Shown: positions 18,768-29,800 of the stretch, piece after piece
How positions within the stretch are numbered: position 1 is the stretch's first letter
Layout of the letters: each line of letters starts with the position of its first letter
Assembly (NCBI GenBank): GCA_963736335.1
Contig: CAVTOC010000006.1
Coordinates: 1,122,828 to 1,186,827, forward strand
DNA length: 64,000 nt
Reading direction: 5' to 3'
Source of the DNA: an uncultured Actinomycetes bacterium
GTDB lineage: Bacteria > Actinomycetota > UBA4738 > HRBIN12
Program-made: the position numbers and the translations under genes
The notes under the pieces: model-generated
The model's input: only the letters and a program-made list of their open reading frames with translations
Told to the model about the DNA's origin: nothing
Databases searched by the model: none

Positions 18768-19648
18768 GGCCGTCGCTCCTCGCTGTCCTGAAGCTCGTCC
18801 ATCACCTCGTTGAACGGTGCGGTGACGGACGTGTGCCCGTGGCGGGGGAGGATGTGGGCCGTTGCACCCGGGACGTGATCGGCGAGCCATCTGCCGTGCT
18901 CGACTCGACACAGTTGATCGCGCTCGCCGTGCCGGATCGTCACCGGCACCTCGATGCCGCGCATGTGAAATCCCCACGGGCGGGCAGATGCCACGGCGTC
19001 GTCCATCCAACCGTCGACGCCCGCGGCGCCGCGGCGTATCGAATCCGCGAGTGCTTCCGCGAGCCCGGGCGACCGCGCGAACGTCTCTCGGTCGGCGCCA
19101 GGGGCCTCGGGCGACTTCGGGAAGTCGCGGGCGGTTAGGCCGGTGAGCTCCGCTGCGGCTTCCTCGTATTCCTGACGGAACGATTCAGCGGATCCGGTTG
19201 TCGCCATGGCTCGGAGCTCTTCCTGATGGTCCTCGGGGAACCACTGGTACCACTCCGCTCCCACCTCTTCGACTGGGGAGTTCCCGGCGAAGACGACACA
19301 GGAGCGCACCCGCTCGGGGAGCAACGCCGCGCAGGCGAGCGCGCCGGGGCCTCCGCCCGACCAACCGGCGACGAAGAACGTCGATGCGCCGAGGTGGTCG
19401 GCCAGGGCCGCGGTGTTCTCCGCTTCCTGGGCGACCGAGCGACCTTCGTTGCGTGTCGAGCCCCCGTACCCCGCGCGCGAGTAGGACGCCGTGGCGATCC
19501 CTCGAGCATCGGTGACGGTCGTGACGTGAGGGAACAACGCGGCCGCGCTCGGCGTGCCGACGTGGAAGATGAGCCACCCCGAGGGATCGACCGGACCGGT
19601 TCGGCAGAACTCCAGCGAGCGACCGTCCGCGAGCCGGAGCGACTCCAT
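18764..19648 (-). CDS. Alpha/beta hydrolase
   Basis: GWLIFHVGTPSAA...FFVAGWSGGGPGALACAA (G-x-S-x-G) ...PRHGH. Confidence 0.7.
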   Translation of the reverse strand: MESLRLADGRSLEFCRTGPVDPSGWLIFHVGTPSAAALFPHVTTVTDARGIATASYSRAGYGGSTRNEGRSVAQEAENTAALADHLGASTFFVAGWSGGGPGALACAALLPERVRSCVVFAGNSPVEEVGAEWYQWFPEDHQEELRAMATTGSAESFRQEYEEAAAELTGLTARDFPKSPEAPGADRETFARSPGLAEALADSIRRGAAGVDGWMDDAVASARPWGFHMRGIEVPVTIRHGERDQLCRVEHGRWLADHVPGATAHILPRHGHTSVTAPFNEVMDELQDSEERRP

Positions 19649-19668
19649 ATCCACGTCGAGAGCCTCGC

Positions 19669-20115
19669 TCAGGTGTTCGAGGTCATCGGTTCGAGCACGA
19701 ACACCGGGATCTGTCGGTCCGTCTTGGTCTGGTATGTCGCGTAGTCGGGCCACGTCTCGACCGCACGGTCCCACCACACCGCCTTCTCGTCGCCGGTGAC
19801 CTCGCGCGCCGTGTAGTCGCGTTTGGTCGCGCCGTCCTGCAGCTCGACGTGCGGGTGGGTCTTCAGGTTGTAGTACCAGACGGGATGCTTCGGAGCGCCG
19901 CCGAGCGACGCGACGACCGCGTAGACGCCGTCGTGCTCGACGCGCATGAGCGCGGTCTTGCGGAGCTTGCCGCTCTTCGCGCCGACCGAGGTCAGCACGA
20001 TCACGGGCCTGCCGCGGAGGTCGCCGCCTTCCTGGCCGTTCGTCGCCTCGTACAGCTCCGTCTGCTTCCGCGACCATTCCGATGTGCTCGGTTCGTATTC
20101 ACCGTTCAGAGGCAT
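19669..20115 (-). CDS. Deazaflavin (F420H2)-dependent nitroreductase family protein (DDN-like)
   Basis: [60 protein letters not shown]. Confidence 0.85.
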   Translation of the reverse strand: MPLNGEYEPSTSEWSRKQTELYEATNGQEGGDLRGRPVIVLTSVGAKSGKLRKTALMRVEHDGVYAVVASLGGAPKHPVWYYNLKTHPHVELQDGATKRDYTAREVTGDEKAVWWDRAVETWPDYATYQTKTDRQIPVFVLEPMTSNT

Positions 20116-21046
20116 ATCGAGTTCCCTCCCGCTCCCACTGATCCCAAGCATTCACGATCCGCATCCCGACACGCTCGTAGACACCGGTCGCTCCGGTCGG
20201 GTTCTGCGCATCGACGCTCACCAGCACGCGCCGGATGTCGCGAGCCGCGAACATCGCGAAGGAGCGATGCAGGAGAGCCGCTCCGATCCCGTGCCCCCGA
20301 TGGGAGGCCGCGACCGCCAGGTAGTCGACCCATCCTCGGTCTTCGGCGGCGCTCGCGGTGAGCACGCCGACCGGAACCCCTCCGTCCCGAGCCAGCAACC
20401 ACATCGTCGGGTCGTAGTTCGGGCTGCCCGTTTCCTCCTCGACCCACCGATCGAACGGCGCAGGGTGATGGCTCCGGTCGTCGACGAACGCCTCGTCCAG
20501 CAACGCGTGGATCGCCGGGAGATCCTCGCCCGGATCCATCCCGCCGACGTCGATCCCCTCCGATGGCCGGCCGGGCTCCAACGGTTCGTCCAGGTCGATC
20601 TGCATGTGCCAGAAGTGATGGATCGGACGGAGGCCCCGGGAGCGGAGCATCGCCGCGGCGTCCTCGTCGCTCGCGTTGATCGCGTGTTGGAACCGGAGCG
20701 ACGACGGCGTTGCGGTCAGCTCGTGGGCGCGCTCCTCGATACGGTTCAGCAGCGAAGTGCCGATGCCCCGCCTCCGGTGTTCGGGGTGGACGACGCCCCA
20801 GGACCGTGCGACGTCCGGCTCCTCGAGCGTGACCTGGGCGTACCCGACGATCCCCCCGGCGTCGTCGACCGCCACCCAGGCGTCGGTGGCGAGATCGTCC
20901 ACGCGGCTCCATTCGCCCCGCACGAAGTCCTCGCCCAGCACGATCTGTCCTCCGTCGTTGAGCTCGTCGGCGACGACCACGTCGGCCACCGCATCGAGGT
21001 CGTCCGGTGACGGCGGTCGCAGCTGGTATCCGTCGGCCCGCTCCAT
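20099..21046 (-). CDS. Two-domain GNAT N-acetyltransferase (mycothiol synthase MshD-like)
   Basis: Two acetyl-CoA motifs: [14 protein letters not shown] and [15 protein letters not shown]. 315 aa. Confidence 0.7.
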   Translation of the reverse strand: MERADGYQLRPPSPDDLDAVADVVVADELNDGGQIVLGEDFVRGEWSRVDDLATDAWVAVDDAGGIVGYAQVTLEEPDVARSWGVVHPEHRRRGIGTSLLNRIEERAHELTATPSSLRFQHAINASDEDAAAMLRSRGLRPIHHFWHMQIDLDEPLEPGRPSEGIDVGGMDPGEDLPAIHALLDEAFVDDRSHHPAPFDRWVEEETGSPNYDPTMWLLARDGGVPVGVLTASAAEDRGWVDYLAVAASHRGHGIGAALLHRSFAMFAARDIRRVLVSVDAQNPTGATGVYERVGMRIVNAWDQWEREGTRYASER

Positions 21047-21126
21047 CCCGGAATCGTATATGTGTTGCCCTGCTGCTTGAGGCGCGCCGTTCTCGCGCTA
21101 GCCTGTGGGTTCCTCGAGGAGGATCG

Positions 21127-21672
21127 ATGCGTACGCTCGCAGAGCTCGAAGCGATGATCGCCGGTATCCGCGATGCGCCGGCAGACGCCGGTGTCGTCGA
21201 GTTGCTCGTCCGGCGTCCGGCGGTTGACGAGCGCGAAGTCGTGAGCGAGATCCGCCTGGACGTCGACGAGGGGCTCGTCGGCGACTCGTGGCGCGCCCGG
21301 GGAAGTAGCAGCACGCCGGACGGCTCTGCAGATCCAGAGGCGCAGCTCACCGTGATGAACGCCCGTGCGGCGGACGCGGTCGCCGGCGACGTCTCACGCT
21401 GGCCGCTCGCCGGCGATCAGATCTACGCGGACTTCGACATCGGCGTCGAGCATCTCCCTCCCGGCACGACGCTCACGATCGGCGACGCCGAGCTCGAGGT
21501 GTCGGAGAAGCCCCACACCGGTTGCGCCAAGTTCTCGGCTCGATTCGGAACCGACGCGCTGCGGTTCGTGAACAGCCCCGAGGGCCGCCGGCTGCGTCTG
21601 CGCGGCATGAACACCAGGATCACCAAGAGCGGGACCGTCCGCGTGGGCGATCCGATCTCCGTCCGATCGTAG
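21127..21672 (+). CDS. MOSC domain-containing protein
   Basis: LVGDSW...QLTVMNARAADAV...IGDAELEVSEKPHTGCAKFSARFG...MNTRITKSGTVRVGD. Confidence 0.75.
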   Translation: MRTLAELEAMIAGIRDAPADAGVVELLVRRPAVDEREVVSEIRLDVDEGLVGDSWRARGSSSTPDGSADPEAQLTVMNARAADAVAGDVSRWPLAGDQIYADFDIGVEHLPPGTTLTIGDAELEVSEKPHTGCAKFSARFGTDALRFVNSPEGRRLRLRGMNTRITKSGTVRVGDPISVRS

Positions 21673-21679
21673 TGTTCGG

Positions 21680-22369
21680 TCAGCGCTGCCAGACGGCCGG
21701 ATCGTGCGCGAAGTGCACCCGCACCGGTTCGAACGAGCGCAGGCGCTCCACGGAACCCGGGTAGCCGGGGTCGGTGGCGGCCGGGGCGCCGGACGACGAT
21801 GGTTCAGTCGCACCCTCCCATTCGGCTCGTGACTGGACCGCCTGGCCGGCGAGCACGACCGTCCCGTCCGCGGCGTCCAGCACCATGGACTGGTGGCCCG
21901 CCGTATGCCCTGGCGTGGGGACCAGCCGCATCCCCGGCGCGACCTCGATCTCACCGTCCAGGATCTCGTACGTCAGGCCCGGAACGTCGATCCACTCCGG
22001 GACGGTGTAGTCGGGTTCGTGCACCTTGGCCCATTCGGCTCGCTGGACGAAGATCGGCACGCCCGCCGGGATCCGCACGTTCTGTCCGCTGTGGTCGAAG
22101 TGCAGGTGGCAGTTCGCCGCACCGGTGACATCGGCGAGCGAGATGCCGTGCTCGGCGAGCGCGTCCTCGATCGACGTCACCTTCGGCGTGAACGTCGACT
22201 CGACCTCCGCGTTGCCGAAGCCGGCTCCGTTGTCGAACAGGAAGACGCCGTCGCGATGGACCACCGCGTGCGCGTAGGACGGCCACCACTCGCGCTGCAG
22301 CAGCTCCTGCTCGTCCGGCGTCAGTCGCAGCTCGGAGACCAGGAACGGGATGACGCGAACGTCCGGCAC
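21680..22369 (-). CDS. MBL-fold metallo-hydrolase (lactonase-like)
   Basis: HLHFDHSG (H-x-H-x-D-H) and PTPGHTAGH. GTG 22369 lies just after the upstream stop. The long 5' extension of the ORF is a GC artefact. Confidence 0.75.
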   Translation of the reverse strand: MPDVRVIPFLVSELRLTPDEQELLQREWWPSYAHAVVHRDGVFLFDNGAGFGNAEVESTFTPKVTSIEDALAEHGISLADVTGAANCHLHFDHSGQNVRIPAGVPIFVQRAEWAKVHEPDYTVPEWIDVPGLTYEILDGEIEVAPGMRLVPTPGHTAGHQSMVLDAADGTVVLAGQAVQSRAEWEGATEPSSSGAPAATDPGYPGSVERLRSFEPVRVHFAHDPAVWQR

Positions 22370-22377
22370 GCTCGGCT

Positions 22378-23082
22378 CTAGCTCGCGTGCATCTTCGCGA
22401 CGTCGCCGATGATCACCGCGAGCTCCTGCGGGCGCGACCACATGGGCCAGTGGCTGGTTGGCAGGTCCACCCAGGTGATGTCGCGGAGCTCGGGGACGCC
22501 GGCGAGCCACGCAGAGCCGTCCTTGACGGCGTCCTTGTAGTCCTGCGACGTGAACCCCGTGCAGATCATCGTGGTCGGAAGGTCTCGGCGTGCGTCGTTG
22601 GTCAGCGCGATCGTCTCGCGCAGCACGCCCCCCGGCTCCGGAACGGCGCGACGCCGGAACGTCTCGAGCTGTTCCTCTGTGAGTCCATCCATGTTCTCCT
22701 CCGCCGAGAGCTCCTCCCAGTTCAAGGGCTTCTCGACGGCGTCGAAGTCGGGATCCAACGGGGGCTTGCCCGGAGCGGAGTCGACGTAGACCATCGCCGC
22801 GATCTGCTCGGGGACACGGTCGCTCGCGACGTAGCCGGAGAATCCCGTGCCGCTGTGCACGGCGAGCACGACCGGTCGCCCGGCCGCCTTCACCGCATCG
22901 CAGATCGCATCGACGTGGTCGGACAGCGAGATCGCCGAACGATCGGCCTCGGCCGACTCGAGACCGGGGAGCGTCAGCGCGCTGACGTCGTGGTCGTCGG
23001 CGCGCAACGCGGCGGCGACCTCGTCCCACGCCCACGCGCCAAGCCAGAACCCGGGAACCAGGATGATCGGTGCGTTCGTCAT
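22378..23082 (-). CDS. Alpha/beta hydrolase
   Basis: PIILVPGFWLGAWAWDEV...LAVHSGTGFSG...SHWPMWS. Confidence 0.7.
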   Translation of the reverse strand: MTNAPIILVPGFWLGAWAWDEVAAALRADDHDVSALTLPGLESAEADRSAISLSDHVDAICDAVKAAGRPVVLAVHSGTGFSGYVASDRVPEQIAAMVYVDSAPGKPPLDPDFDAVEKPLNWEELSAEENMDGLTEEQLETFRRRAVPEPGGVLRETIALTNDARRDLPTTMICTGFTSQDYKDAVKDGSAWLAGVPELRDITWVDLPTSHWPMWSRPQELAVIIGDVAKMHAS

Positions 23083-23128
23083 GGCTCGACCCTAGAGGTG
23101 GGCACCGACAACGTCCAACCGCGTGCTG

Positions 23129-24325
23129 TTAGGGGCGGTGGGCGCGCAACAGGTGCACCGTCCCGGCGACGCCCTTGAGCTCCACCTCCCCGACATCCGC
23201 GAACGCGATCCCCTCCTCCTTCGAGGTGTCGGCCACCGCCTGGGTGACGAGCACCTCGCCCGGCCGCGCGTAGTCGGCGATGCGCGCGCTGAGGTTCACG
23301 GTCTGACCGTAGTAGTCGCCCTCCTGATAGAGGACCGGCCCCGCGTGCAGGCCGACGTGCGCCGGCGGCAAGCCGGCGTCGGCGAGCGCATCAACCATCT
23401 CGAGGGCGGCTCGCACACCGGGGCCGGGGTCGGGGAAGAGGAACATCACGCCGTCGCCGAGCCACTTGATGGGCTTGCCGCCGCGCTGCACCGAACTGCG
23501 CTGCACGAGCCGCGCCATCGTCGTCGCGAGGTCGGCCGCCGCGTCATCGCCGCGTTCCTGCGTCAGTCGCGTGTAGCCGGTGATATCGAGGAAGCAGATC
23601 GCCGGGAGTCGCTCGAGGCGGCTGCGGATCCCGGCTTCCGCCATCACCGCCTCGAACCCTTCGATGATGTTGGAGGTCCAGTTCCGTGCCTGGTGGGCGT
23701 GGTACATGGCAAGGAATGTCTGCTCGGTCAGCGGAGTGATCCGATCGGTGAGGTCGGCGTTCCCCATCTCCTCCGAGCTCTTCCCGGCAGCCATGGCGGG
23801 CTGGATCACTTCGGAGCTCCACCAGACGGCCTCCTGTTCGGCCATCCGTCGGGTGCTGTCACCCTGGACGCGGAGCAGACGCTCGATGGCGCGCGGCCGG
23901 AACCCTTCGGCGATCTGCAGCTCGATGAATGGCACCATCTCCATCTCGTCCTCGCGGAGCCGGTCGTCGGGCGACGGTTCCGCCATGCCGATCGCCTCGC
24001 GGATCACCGCCAGCAGCTCGAGCGGGATCCCGGTGCGGTCGCTGACCTGTCGGAACGTCTCGGCCGCGAGACCGGCGAACCGCTCGTAGCCGGCCGCGTC
24101 GAAGAACCCGAACGACACGGCTCCGTGCCGGATGCCAGCCGCCACGTCCTCGAGCGCGATCCCCGCGTCCTCGAGCGATCTGGCCATCAGCACGCGGCGG
24201 ACGTCGCCCGGCGAGAAGCGGTCGGGCACTCCAGGCGCCAGGATGCCGAGACCCACCAGTCGAGCGATGTACGAAGGCTCGACACCGGCTCGCTCGGCGA
24301 CGTCCTCGACCGCGTACCAGGTCAC
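23129..24325 (-). CDS. Class III adenylate cyclase with an N-terminal helical regulatory domain (Rv1264-like) and an HTH-like start
   Basis: C-terminal ICFLDITGYTRLT...WLGDGVMFLFPDP...VGLHAGPVLYQEGDYYGQTVNLSARI. The N-terminal half (IPLELLAVIREAIGM...) resembles the Rv1264 pH-sensing module. Confidence 0.7.
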   Translation of the reverse strand: MTWYAVEDVAERAGVEPSYIARLVGLGILAPGVPDRFSPGDVRRVLMARSLEDAGIALEDVAAGIRHGAVSFGFFDAAGYERFAGLAAETFRQVSDRTGIPLELLAVIREAIGMAEPSPDDRLREDEMEMVPFIELQIAEGFRPRAIERLLRVQGDSTRRMAEQEAVWWSSEVIQPAMAAGKSSEEMGNADLTDRITPLTEQTFLAMYHAHQARNWTSNIIEGFEAVMAEAGIRSRLERLPAICFLDITGYTRLTQERGDDAAADLATTMARLVQRSSVQRGGKPIKWLGDGVMFLFPDPGPGVRAALEMVDALADAGLPPAHVGLHAGPVLYQEGDYYGQTVNLSARIADYARPGEVLVTQAVADTSKEEGIAFADVGEVELKGVAGTVHLLRAHRP

Positions 24326-24418
24326 ATCCGCAGCCTACGCCGCCTCGATCGCGCCCTGCAGGCAGGCCGGCTGACTCCATGCGAAGATGCGCCACCACGA
24401 GAGAGGGTGGAGGGCGCC

Positions 24419-25552
24419 ATGTACCGACTTGCGAGACGTCGGAGGATCCACGTGATCGGCCGGGTCCTCGGCGCGTGGGCGCTGGTCGCCCTCGTGGTAT
24501 CCGTTCCCACCCCCGCTCACGCAGCGGTGTTCTCGAACACCGCGTCGATCCGGGAGCCGGCGTTCCCTTTGGTGAACGGTGGCGCGGCCGATCCGTACCC
24601 GTCCACCATCTCCGTCCCGGCATCGGGCGCCATCCTCGACGTGAACGTCACGCTCAACGATCTGAGCGAGAACGCCCCGCTCGAGATCCAGGTGTTGTTG
24701 GTCGGGCCGTCGGGCGCGGACGTCGCGCTCATGGCCGGTGCGGGATGCGACTACCCGATCCAGCCGACGTCGCCCATCGATCTCACGTTCGACGACGCCG
24801 CCTCGGATTCGCTCACGTCCGATTGCGGTGGCCATTCGCTCCCATCGGGGACGTACAAGCCGTACGGCCCCGACGCGTTCACAGGTGTCCCACCCGCTCC
24901 GGCGCCTCCGTACGGACACACGCTCGGCGTCCTGAACGGGACGGACCCCAGCGGTACGTGGAAGCTCTTCGTGTTCCACAGCGACACCAACCTCGGCGGC
25001 GGGAAGATCGCCGGAGGGTGGAGCCTGGACATCACGACGCTCGCGATCACCTCGCTCTCCGCGACCACCGGGGCAGCGGGAGACCCCGTCACGATCACGG
25101 GTACCGGGTTCACCGGGGCCACGGCCGTCAGGTTCGGCACCGCTCCGGCCGTGTTCACCGTGGACTCCGACACGCAGATCACGGCTTCGGTTCCGATCGC
25201 CGGCAGCGGTCCCGTCTCGGTGACGGCCCCGGGAGGCGTGACGACGACCGGGCCGGCATTCGTCGTGCATCATGCCAGGAACACGTCGATCCGATTCGAT
25301 GGAACGGTCGCGAAGGGGAGCGTCCATGCCGTGGATGGATTCGCGTCGTGCGCATCGTCGATCCCGGTGAGGATCCAGCGCCTGGAAGGGGGCAAGTGGC
25401 ACGTGGCCGCGGCGGTCCTCACGAAGAACAACGGCTCGTATCGCGCGGCCGGTCTCGCCGAGAAGGGCAAGTACCGCACCGTCGCGAAGAAGCAGACACT
25501 CAAGTCGGGCGATGTGTGCCTGAAGAGCATCTCGCCGGTCACGAACAGATAA
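24419..25552 (+). CDS. Secreted protein: proprotein-convertase P-domain-like + IPT/TIG domain + C-terminal beta domain
   Basis: Signal peptide ending in PAHA. GTWKLFVFHSDTNLGGGKIAGGWSLDI (P-domain signature), then GDPVTITGTGFTGATAVRFG...DSDTQITASVP (IPT/TIG). The 5' part of the 809-aa ORF is antisense to the cyclase gene. Confidence 0.65.
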   Translation: MYRLARRRRIHVIGRVLGAWALVALVVSVPTPAHAAVFSNTASIREPAFPLVNGGAADPYPSTISVPASGAILDVNVTLNDLSENAPLEIQVLLVGPSGADVALMAGAGCDYPIQPTSPIDLTFDDAASDSLTSDCGGHSLPSGTYKPYGPDAFTGVPPAPAPPYGHTLGVLNGTDPSGTWKLFVFHSDTNLGGGKIAGGWSLDITTLAITSLSATTGAAGDPVTITGTGFTGATAVRFGTAPAVFTVDSDTQITASVPIAGSGPVSVTAPGGVTTTGPAFVVHHARNTSIRFDGTVAKGSVHAVDGFASCASSIPVRIQRLEGGKWHVAAAVLTKNNGSYRAAGLAEKGKYRTVAKKQTLKSGDVCLKSISPVTNR

Positions 25553-25577
25553 CGGCGGCTCGTCGAGCAACGGGAGG

Positions 25578-26744
25578 GTGAGAGTGCACATCGTGAGGGG
25601 GCGCTCGTCTCAGACGCTCGCGGGTGCGGCGGTGGTGCTGATGCTCGCGGTGGTGCTCGTGACGCGGCCGGGCATCGCGCGGGCCGCCGTCTTCGCGAAC
25701 CCAGCGTCGATCGTCGTGCCGACGACCGCCAGCGATGGACGCGCGACGCCGTACCCGTCCACCATCGCCGTCGACGCGCCGCTCGCGATCACCGACGTCG
25801 ACGTCACGCTCACAGGACTGACGCACGCCTATCCGATCGACCTCGACGTCCTGCTCGTCGGCCCGACCGGGAAGAGCGTGGTCCTCATGGCCGACGTCGG
25901 AGGTATCACGCCGGTCAACAACCTCAACCTGCGATTCGACGACTCGGCCGGCGGCTCGCTCCCGACGGCCGCGGATCCGCCCACCACGACGACCTCCGGG
26001 ACCTATAAGCCCACGACGTACGGCGCCTTCAGCGGCGGTCTGCCGGCGCCTGCGGGGCCCTACGGTGCCACGCTGTCGGTCTTCAACGGAACGATCCCGG
26101 AGGGCGTGTGGAAGCTGTACGTCTTCGACGACTACTCGTCGGACGGGAGCGGGTCGATCGCGGGCGGATGGAGCCTCGACATCACGACGGTGTCCGCCAC
26201 GACCGTCACGGCGTTCAGCCCCACATCGGGGGAGGTGGGCGACACCGTCACGATCACCGGGAAGGGATTCACGGGTGCCACCGCCGTCAAGTTCGGAACC
26301 GCTCCGGTCGCAACGTTCACCGTGGACTCGGACACGCAGATCACGTCGACGGTTCCCGCCGGAGCGGGTGCGGGCCGGATCTCGATCGTGGCGCCCAACG
26401 GAACGGGCAAGAGCGACTCCGACTTCGTCGTGAACCACCCGAGGGATGTATCTCTCACCTTGAGCGGCAAGAAGGCGAAGGGCACCATCGACGTGGGTGA
26501 CGGATTCACCTCGTGCGCGTCCGAGGTCCCCGTGCGGGTGCAACGCAGGAAGAGCGGAAGATGGCGCACGATCGCCGGCGACTTCACCGACGGCACCGGG
26601 GCGTACTCGACGATCGGGGTGGCCCGGTCCGGTAAGTACCGAACGGTCGCGAAGAGCACCACGCTGCCCTCGGGCGATGTCTGTCCGAAGGCGGTCTCGC
26701 CGGTCGCGACCAAGACCGGTCATACCCGGTCGCGTGACCGCTGA
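25578..26744 (+). CDS. Paralog of the preceding secreted P-domain + IPT/TIG protein
   Basis: Same domain order: GVWKLYVFDDYSSDGSGSIAGGWSLDI, then GDTVTITGKGFTGATAVKFG...DSDTQITSTVP. Confidence 0.65.
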   Translation: MRVHIVRGRSSQTLAGAAVVLMLAVVLVTRPGIARAAVFANPASIVVPTTASDGRATPYPSTIAVDAPLAITDVDVTLTGLTHAYPIDLDVLLVGPTGKSVVLMADVGGITPVNNLNLRFDDSAGGSLPTAADPPTTTTSGTYKPTTYGAFSGGLPAPAGPYGATLSVFNGTIPEGVWKLYVFDDYSSDGSGSIAGGWSLDITTVSATTVTAFSPTSGEVGDTVTITGKGFTGATAVKFGTAPVATFTVDSDTQITSTVPAGAGAGRISIVAPNGTGKSDSDFVVNHPRDVSLTLSGKKAKGTIDVGDGFTSCASEVPVRVQRRKSGRWRTIAGDFTDGTGAYSTIGVARSGKYRTVAKSTTLPSGDVCPKAVSPVATKTGHTRSRDR

Positions 26745-26830
26745 GCCAGCTCGACGCACGCCGGTCGGTCCATCGAGTCATCCGAGAGCGACATACGATG
26801 CTCGGTCGTTCATCGGTTTAGGCTCCTCCG

Positions 26831-29800
26831 GTGCAGCGGTGCGAGGAATGCGGACACGAGAATCGTGACGGCGCGAAGTTCTGTGAGGAATGCGCGGCCA
26901 CCCTGACGCCGGGAACGGTTCCGCACGAGGTCCGCAAGACGGTCACGGTCGTGTTCTGCGACGTCTCCGGCTCGACCGCGATCGGTGAGGCGCTCGATCC
27001 GGAGTCCGTTCGCCGTGTCATGGAGCGCTTCTTCCAGGCGATGCAGACGGCGATCGAACGTCACGGAGGCACCGTCGAGAAGTTCATCGGCGACGCGGTC
27101 ATGGCCGTCTTCGGCGTGCCGCAGGTTCATGAGGACGACGCGCTTCGGGCCGTCCGTGCCGCGAGCGAGATGCGCGCTTCGCTCGCGGCGCTGAACCCGG
27201 AGCTCGATCGCGACCATGGGATGACGCTCGCGTGCCGGATCGGGGTGAACACGGGAGACGTGGTCGCCGGTGTCGGCGACCAGAAGATCGTGACGGGCGA
27301 CGCGGTGAACGTCGCGGCCCGCTTGGAACAGGCGGCCTCTGCCGGCGAGATCCTGCTCGGGGAACGAACCCACGCGCTCGTGCGCGACGCGATCCACGCC
27401 GAGCCGATCGAGGATCTCATCCTGAAGGGCAAGTCCGAGCCGGTTCCGGCGTACCGGTTGCTCGAGGTGACGCCCGGCGCACCCGGGTTCGCGCGGCACC
27501 TCGACGCGCCGATCGTCGGACGGGGTCGAGAGCTCTCGCTCATGCGAGACGTGTTCGATCGCACCGTGACGGATCACTCGTGCCAGCTGTTCACGGTCCT
27601 CGGCGTCGGTGGGGTCGGCAAGTCCCGGCTCCTTGCTGCGTTCGTCGGCGAGTTGGCCGACCGAGCCACCGTACTCCGCGGTCGCTGTCTGCCGTACGGC
27701 GAGGGGATCACCTTCTACCCGCTCGCGGAAGCGTTGATCGAGGTCGCGGACCTGCGGGAGACGGATGCCGCCGACCAAACCCGAGCGAAACTCGTGGCCC
27801 TGGCGGGCGGCGACGAGGACGCCGCCGCGATCGCCCAGCGGGTCGGGCAGACGATCGGGCTGGCGGGAGGCGAGGAGTCCTCACCCGAGGAGATGCGCTG
27901 GGCCGTTCGGTCCTTGCTCGAGCGTCTCGCCGTCGAGCGGCCCGTCGTCTTCGTGATCGACGATCTCCAGTGGGCCGAGCCGACGTTCCTGGAGCTCGTC
28001 GAGTACATCGCCGACCTGGCCCGCGACGCGCCGATCCTGCTCGCGTGCATGGCGCGACCCGAGCTGCTGGACGATCACCCCGGATGGGCGGGCGGGAAGC
28101 TGAACGCCACGTCGATCTTGCTCGAGCCGCTGAACGCCGAGGAGTGCGGGAAGCTCGTCGCGAACCTGTTGGCGGATGACGCGGTCGACCCGGTCGTCCG
28201 CGCGCGCATCGCAGCGGCCGCCGAGGGCCACCCGCTGTATGCGGAGGAGATCACCGGACTCTTGGTGGACGAGGGTCGACTCGTGTTGAAGGACGGTCGG
28301 TGGACGCCGACGGGAGATCTGGCCGACCTGCCCATCCCTCCGACGATCTCGGCGCTTCTCGCGGCGCGGCTGGACCGGCTGCCGCCGGCCGAGCGCCGGC
28401 TGATCGAGATCGGATCGGTGATGGGGCAGGTCTTCTACCCGGCGGCCGTCCGAACGCTCACGACCGAACCGTCGAAGGCGACCGACGATGGGTTGATGAC
28501 GCTGGTTCGCAAGCAGTTCGTCCGCCCGGAGCGCTCCGATCTGTCGGCGACCGATGCGCTCGGGTTCCGTCACCTGCTGATCCGCGATGCGGCGTACGGC
28601 TCGATCCCCAAGGCGGAGCGCGCCGACCTCCACGAACGGTTCGCGAACTGGCTCGATGAGACGGCCGGGTCGTTGGGAGAGCGGGATGAGATCGTCGGGT
28701 ATCACTTGGAGCGGGCGTACCGCTATCGTGCCGAGCTCGGGCCCGCCGATGATCACGCGCGGAGGCTCGCCGACAGGGCGACCGAGCGCTTGTCCGCCGC
28801 GGGCAGACAGGCGCTGGCGCGGCGTGACCCGTCGGCGACGGTGAACCTTCTCGGTCGAGCGGTGGATCTCCTACCGCTCGACGATGCCCGCCGGCCCGAG
28901 ATCCAGACGGATCTCGGATTGGCGCTGTCCCGGTTGGACCTTTCCCGCGCGGACCAGGTGCTGGCCGAGGCGATGGAGGGCGCGCGGGTGTTGGGCGATC
29001 CGCGGCTCGAAGCGCTCGCGGGCGTCCGGTTGGCGTTCGTCCGGATCATGCTCGACCCCGAAGCCGAGCAGCGAGCGGCGCTCGAGCAGGCACAGCGCTA
29101 CGCGGAATTGTTCGAGGGATGGTCGGACGATCTGGGCGTCGCCGAGGCGCTGGAGCTGGTGGGGAACATCCGGTTCTGGGCAGGGCGTTGCGCCTTGGCC
29201 GAGGAGGATCTCGAACGGGCGATGACGCACGCGCGCCGAGCCGGCAGTCGACCCCATGAGGATGAGATCGCCCGGATGTTGACCCTGGTGATCTCACAGG
29301 GCCCCATCCCGGTCGAAGAGGCGATCCGTCGGCTGCACGCCATGCTCGAGCGGAGTCCGGCAGACCGCAAGATGGAGTCGGCCGTCGCGTCGAAGGGTGC
29401 GGAGTTGGAAGCGATGCTGGGGCGATTCGAGACGGCACGGGAGCTGGCCGCGCGCGCGACGGCGCTCGCCCGGGAGCTGGGGGATCAGCTCGCGCTGGCG
29501 CGGTCGCTGCTCGACTCGTCGCGGGTGGAGATGCTCGCCGACTCCCCGATGACCGCGGAGCGGGAGGCGCGCGCCGGCTACGAGATCCTCGATCGGATGA
29601 AGAGCACGGGGAACCTCGCCAGCGCCGCGCCCCACCTCGGAGACTTCCTGTACGCGCAGGGGCGCTACGAGGAGGCGGAGGAGCTCGCCGCGTTCGGCGA
29701 ACGGATCACGATCGAGGGCGACGTCGACGCCGAGGTGCGCTGGCGACTGGTGCGAGCGAAGACGCTCGCTCGGCGCGGCCGGTACGACGAAGCCGAACCA

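Noticed and set aside
23123-24418. N-terminal 432 aa of the 809-aa ORF 23123-25552, and likewise the 5' parts of ORFs 35926-38394, 16366-18321, 21680-23035 and 18764-20077
   Set aside because: These extensions are antisense to, or overlap, well-supported genes. The recognisable protein begins at an internal start with a signal peptide or conserved N-terminus.
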